Below, in pieces: positions 62,773 through 64,000 of a stretch of 64,000 nucleotides of DNA. A program made the position numbers and the translations under genes. The DNA lies in assembly GCA_021741075.1 (NCBI GenBank), contig JAIOYO010000014.1:1110-65109 (forward strand), written 5' to 3'. Numbering within the stretch: the first letter of the stretch is position 1; each line of letters begins with the position of its first letter. Origin of the DNA: Flavobacteriales bacterium. GTDB taxonomy: Bacteria > Bacteroidota > Bacteroidia > UBA10329. Below the pieces are notes generated by a model. It did not search any database. It worked only from the letters and a program-made list of their open reading frames with translations, and was not told where the DNA came from.

Positions 62773-64000
62773 ATGCTACGAATACAAATTTTCATATCTG
62801 CGGTGTTTGTTTTGATTTCCATTAAGACCTTCGCACAGAATTGTACGTCAGAAAGGTATTTAAGCAATATTTTTCAATCGGCTGTTTCTCAAGATGTTGT
62901 GTTTGGCAATTCGCCAGCTTTGACGGCAGTTTATGTAGCGGAAAACGTTACGGTAAACCAAGCCATGACGATGGACATTTTCTTTCCGGTTGGAGATGCA
63001 TTGGAAAAACGACCATTGGTGATATTGGCTTATGGAGGTGGTTACCTTTTTGGTACAAAAAATGACGAAGATGTATGGGCAACGTGCGATAGTTTGGCCA
63101 AGAAAGGTTATGTAACGGCAAGTATCAATTACAGAATGAACATGAATGTGGCAAGCAACACCAGCGCTGTTCGTGCCATTTACCGTGCAGCCCAAGATTA
63201 TAGTTCTGCTATTCGCTACCTAAAAGAGTTTTCTGGTACTTACCAAATAGATACTAATTACGTGTTTGTGGGTGGCGTAAGTGCTGGTGGATTTTCTGCC
63301 ATGCATGCCGTTTTCTTGGATGATAATGAAAGACCTGCGGCAACCTTTCAATCAGGAATTTTTGGAACAGATCCCGATTTAGGTTGTATGAACTGTGCGG
63401 GAAACGGTTATCAACATACAACTAATGTGCGCGGCATAATAAATCTTTGGGGCGCCCTCATGGATACCAGTTACATCCAACCAAATGAGGTTGTTCCCAT
63501 CACCTTGTTTCATGGAACAGACGACCTTATTGTACCTTATGCTTTTGGATTTCCTTTTACGGCTTTGTTTCTTATGCCAGAAGTGTTTGGTTCTTTCAAC
63601 ATTGCTGCACGTATCAATCATTTGGGAGGAAATGCAGAACTAAATACGTTTTCTACAGGTCATAACATTTGGGGATTGAATGTAAATAACGTGATGGTAG
63701 GCGGACCAACTGAATACTGGAATCCTATAACCGATAGTATCATCTCGTTCTTGTATGAGAACATTCGCCCAGCGCAACCAGAACTCAGCCTTACCGAACC
63801 TGCTTGCCAATCGGATACCGTCTTTATACAGATTGTCAATTTCCCGGCAGATGGAAGAGGCTGTTGGAGTATAGAATTAGGAGATGTTGTATGGACTAGT
63901 GCGGATTCATCTAGCATTGGTGTGGTTTGGAATAACCAAGGAGTCTATGATGTGGAGGCAGTGGTGTTCAATCACTTAGAAGCATTTTCATTCCCAACAA
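62773..64000 (+). CDS. Secreted alpha/beta-hydrolase (esterase/lipase-like), partial, continues beyond the window
   Basis: My own translation shows an open frame of 409 codons with no stop from the ATG at 62773 to the window end. Signal peptide 'FISAVFVLISIKTFAQ'. 'ILAYGGGYLFG', nucleophile elbow 'GGVSAGG' and 'FHGTDD'. It is absent from the ORF track, presumably because no stop codon lies in the window. Confidence 0.75.
   Translation, partial: MLRIQIFISAVFVLISIKTFAQNCTSERYLSNIFQSAVSQDVVFGNSPALTAVYVAENVTVNQAMTMDIFFPVGDALEKRPLVILAYGGGYLFGTKNDEDVWATCDSLAKKGYVTASINYRMNMNVASNTSAVRAIYRAAQDYSSAIRYLKEFSGTYQIDTNYVFVGGVSAGGFSAMHAVFLDDNERPAATFQSGIFGTDPDLGCMNCAGNGYQHTTNVRGIINLWGALMDTSYIQPNEVVPITLFHGTDDLIVPYAFGFPFTALFLMPEVFGSFNIAARINHLGGNAELNTFSTGHNIWGLNVNNVMVGGPTEYWNPITDSIISFLYENIRPAQPELSLTEPACQSDTVFIQIVNFPADGRGCWSIELGDVVWTSADSSSIGVVWNNQGVYDVEAVVFNHLEAFSFPT

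Noticed and set aside
1-64000. Looked for rRNA, tRNA, CRISPR arrays, transposases, integrases, phage genes and toxin-antitoxin or classical defence genes.
   Set aside because: I found no regularly spaced direct repeats and no tRNA-like cloverleaf outside coding sequence. One GTTCGAAC-type motif near 19364 lies inside the acylase CDS. No ORF has recombinase, transposase or restriction-modification motifs. The window appears free of mobile elements.

Overview
The window looks like a chromosomal segment from a Bacteroidota genome, probably Flavobacteriia-like. Supporting this are a fused lpxC/fabZ inside an lpxD-lpxC/fabZ-lpxA cluster, a PorX-type REC-PglZ regulator, type A and type B T9SS C-terminal sorting domains, and TAnnTTTG -7 promoter boxes. 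Hand-counted 60-nt samples give about 42-45% G+C in coding sequence. I can support about 58 protein-coding genes, including one partial CDS at the right edge (62773..>64000) that is missing from the ORF track. I found no rRNA, tRNA, CRISPR array, transposase or integrase. Most of the content is housekeeping: cysE/cysK-type cysteine synthesis, lipid A genes, tsaE, trmL, yebC, alanine dehydrogenase, two rhomboids and a MacAB-like efflux operon. Interspersed are envelope or accessory modules. The parts most worth a second look: (1) a same-strand module of two tandem SiaC-like DUF1987 proteins, a PAS histidine kinase, a LuxR-type response regulator and a DUF3050 protein. (2) A tightly packed operon encoding an Rpe-like/CBS fusion, a type I-beta DAHP synthase and a KdsC-like phosphatase, which mirrors the Kdo pathway layout with non-canonical parts. 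(3) An ECF sigma / anti-sigma / Spy-like / MbnP / MbnH / YHYH-T9SS cluster whose sigma gene appears frameshifted near its 5' end. (4) A single orphan secreted-protein gene that is about 7-10 G+C points richer than its neighbours. (5) Several strongly structured intergenic elements, including a roughly 105-nt three-way-junction element that may be a small RNA. All functional calls come from motif recognition by eye; no searches were run.
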